From Microbotryum violaceum (lineage: Eukaryota): DNA of 64,000 nt. Both the position numbers and the translations under genes were made by a program. Each line of letters begins with the position of its first letter. The stretch's first letter is position 1. Positions 61,559 through 64,000 of this stretch are shown piece after piece. Where the stretch lies: NCBI GenBank assembly GCA_001244265.2, contig LN717261.1, positions 2,247,591-2,311,590 of the forward strand. The letters run 5' to 3'. The notes under the pieces were generated by a model, which was not told the origin of the DNA, searched no databases, and saw only the letters and a program-made list of their open reading frames with translations.

Positions 61559-64000
61559 ATGCGGCTGTCGTTAGCTACACTGCTACCGCTCTTGAGCGTC
61601 TCGACAAAGACTTTATGTTCGGCCGCGTCCCTGCTCGCGATCGATCTGGGTACGGACTCGCTCAAGGCTTCGCTCGTCAAACCCGGAGTGCCTTTCGATG
61701 TGCTGTTGACGAAAGAAGGAAGGAGGAAGACACCGGTGGTAATGACGATCAGGAAGGGGGAGCGTAGCTTTGGTGGCGAGGCGGTCAATTTGGTACGTTT
61801 CGCCTGGTGGCCCAGCTCGGGTCCCGACTTTGGGCAGGCGCACGGACGATGTTCACGTCTTGCCCTGCCAAACACGACTCGTGGCAGAGACGTGATGAAT
61901 GTGAACTAAAACTCCCGCTCTGGTTCGAACAGGCTACGCGTTCCCCACAAGACACGTTCTCTTCTCTCAAGCTCGTACTCGGCCACCCTTCCTCGCACCC
62001 TCAATCCCAACTCCACTCCGCGCTCTACGACCTCCCCATCTCCACCACCGCGCGAGGATCGCCTTCTCTTTCATCCTCTTCAGGTTCATTTGCGATCGAA
62101 GAATTATTGGCGATGCAGTTCACGAATACGCGTGAATTGGCCGAAGAAGTAGCCGGTGAATTCGTCAAGGACGTCGTCGTAACCGTGCCCGCTTGGTGGA
62201 CTCAATCCGAACGACAAGCTGTGATCGATGCGCTCGACTTGGCTGGGCTGAGATCGATTGGTTTGATCAATGATGGAACGGCTGGTTCGTAATTCACTTG
62301 AAAGTTGCGGCGGCGAGAAGGAAAAAAAAAGGAAAAAAGACTGACCCTCCTCTCGGTTTGTGATTTACGTTTCCAGCCGCGGTCAACTATGCCATGACGC
62401 GTTCGTTCCCTTCCGAATCGTCCTATCACCTCTTGTACGATCTAGGAGCTGGATCCTTACGTACGACTTTGGTTTCCCTTAAATCGTCCCTCCTGCCCGA
62501 CCCTTACTCGTTGGCCTTCAAACCCGAACTCAAGAACGTCACTTCCCTCACCGTCCTTGGCGTAGGCTTCGACGTCCACGTCGGTGGATACGTTTTCGAT
62601 AAGATCGTGAGGGATTTGATGGTGGAAGAATTCGAGAAGAACGGTCCAGGTTCCAAAATGGATAAGAAGGCTATGGCCAAGTTGTTGAAAGAGGCGAGTA
62701 AGGTTAAGCAAGTTTTGAGTGCGAATACTGAGAGTACGGCTAGGGTAAGTTAGACAATTCTAGGGCGTCTTTTTGAACCGATCCCCACTTTTTTTTGGTT
62801 GCTCATATCCTCTTTTTCCGACTCTACCCAGATCGAAGGCCTGATCGACGACATCGATTTCAGCACGCTCATCACTCGTGATCAATTCGAACAACGCAGT
62901 CAAGACCTCTTACCCCGTTTCACCCAACCTATTCAACACGCCCTCCTCTCCGCAAACATTACCATTCCCCAACTCGAATCTGTCATTTTAATCGGTGGTT
63001 CTTCCCGCGTTCCAATGGTTCAAGCCGCGGTGGCAGCTTTCGTAGGCGAAGACAAGATCGCCAAGAACGTTAACGCGGATGAAGCTGCCGTTCTAGGAGC
63101 GGCTTTGTATGGTGCAGGTTTAACGAAAGGGTTCAGGACGAAGGATATTCGAGTACAAGATATCACACCTTTCGGTATCGACGTAACTTACCCCGTCGAT
63201 ACTAAAACGAACGAACGAGAACCTCCTAGGATCATCACTACTCATTTATTTCCCTCCGGTTCGAAAACCTCGATCAAGAAAACGATGACTTTGAAAAAAA
63301 CAAAGGATTTCACTCTTAAGTTTTCTTATCAATCTCCTTCGAATGAAGCTTGGAAGGAATGGGTTCCTCAAGATTTGTTCGAAATTAGTTTGAAGGGGAT
63401 TGAAGAGAAGCTGGTCAGTTTGACGGAGGAGACTTTGAAGAACGTTTCGGTTTTGGTGACGATCGAATTGGATGGTTCGAATATGGTTAAAATCGATTCG
63501 GCGACGTTGAAATTGGGGGAGGAGAGGGAGGAGAAGGAGAAGGATAAGGAGGGGATTAATGAGAAGATCAAGGGGTTGTTGACCAAGTTTGGTTCGAAGA
63601 AGGATAAGAAGAAGGAAGGGGCAGGGGAGGGGGAGGGGATGGGGGAACAGAGGGATGAGGAGGGTGAAAAGGAAGGGGAGGAGAAGGATCCTTTGGAAGG
63701 TCTCGACGCGGAGAAATTGGACGAGTTGCTCAAGATGTCGATGCCACCCCCCAAGAGTATTCACTTGACACCTACGACGATTTCGCTCGAACGCGTGCCC
63801 ATGTCCGCGGAGGAGAAGAAGGACGCCCGTACGCGTATGAGGGAGATGAAGCTCGCCGAAACGCGCAAGTTGCAACGCGAAGAAGCGAGGAACATCCTTG
63901 AGGCTTTCCTCTACAAGGCCAAGGAACTCATTACGTCGTCCGAGTTCGAAGGGGCTTCTCAACCTCATGAGAGGAAGATCTTGGAAGAGAAGGTCGCATC
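61559..64000 (+). CDS. LHS1: ER lumenal Hsp70-family nucleotide exchange factor (Lhs1/Grp170/HYOU1), truncated by the window end
   Basis: Signal peptide; AIDLGTDSLKASLVKPGVPFDVLL; VVTVPAWW; YDLGAGS; KQVLSAN; IGGSSRVPMVQ; NVNADEAAVLGA; EEARNILEAFLY. Confidence 0.93.

Noticed and set aside
63246-63968. Long minus-strand ORFs
   Set aside because: Antisense shadows of the K/E-rich LHS1 exon.

Overview
Eukaryotic, intron-rich fungal DNA. A basidiomycete, probably Pucciniomycotina/Microbotryomycetes-like, is inferred from gene content, short GT-AG introns and microexons. The first ~6 kb holds decayed transposons: a Ty3/gypsy pol with an in-frame stop and a frameshifted Helitron. Host genes follow: a small secreted protein, D-arabinono-1,4-lactone oxidase, AP-1 beta-adaptin, DIM1, APC1, malate dehydrogenase ending in SKL, an FAA-hydrolase, a nucleotide-diphospho-sugar transferase, a CAP64-like SGNH protein, SET2, a POP8-like gene, a JMJD5-like JmjC protein, a SAP/HeH-like membrane protein, an MFS transporter and LHS1. 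The most striking structure is a 10.6-kb element (23696-34314). It is bounded by 136-bp terminal inverted repeats and encodes a Kyakuja-Dileera-Zisupton (KDZ) transposase and a convergent companion gene. Inside it sits a module with eight clustered GTGTAC-CCCGGG-GTACAC palindromes, plus a ninth perfect copy lying between two divergent cargo ORFs. The element splits the divergent APC1/MDH promoter, and each TIR presents a TATATATATA run to the flanking host gene. A second degenerate, hAT-like island lies at about 51.4-56 kb. All gene models were read by eye; exon boundaries and family calls were not checked by alignment.
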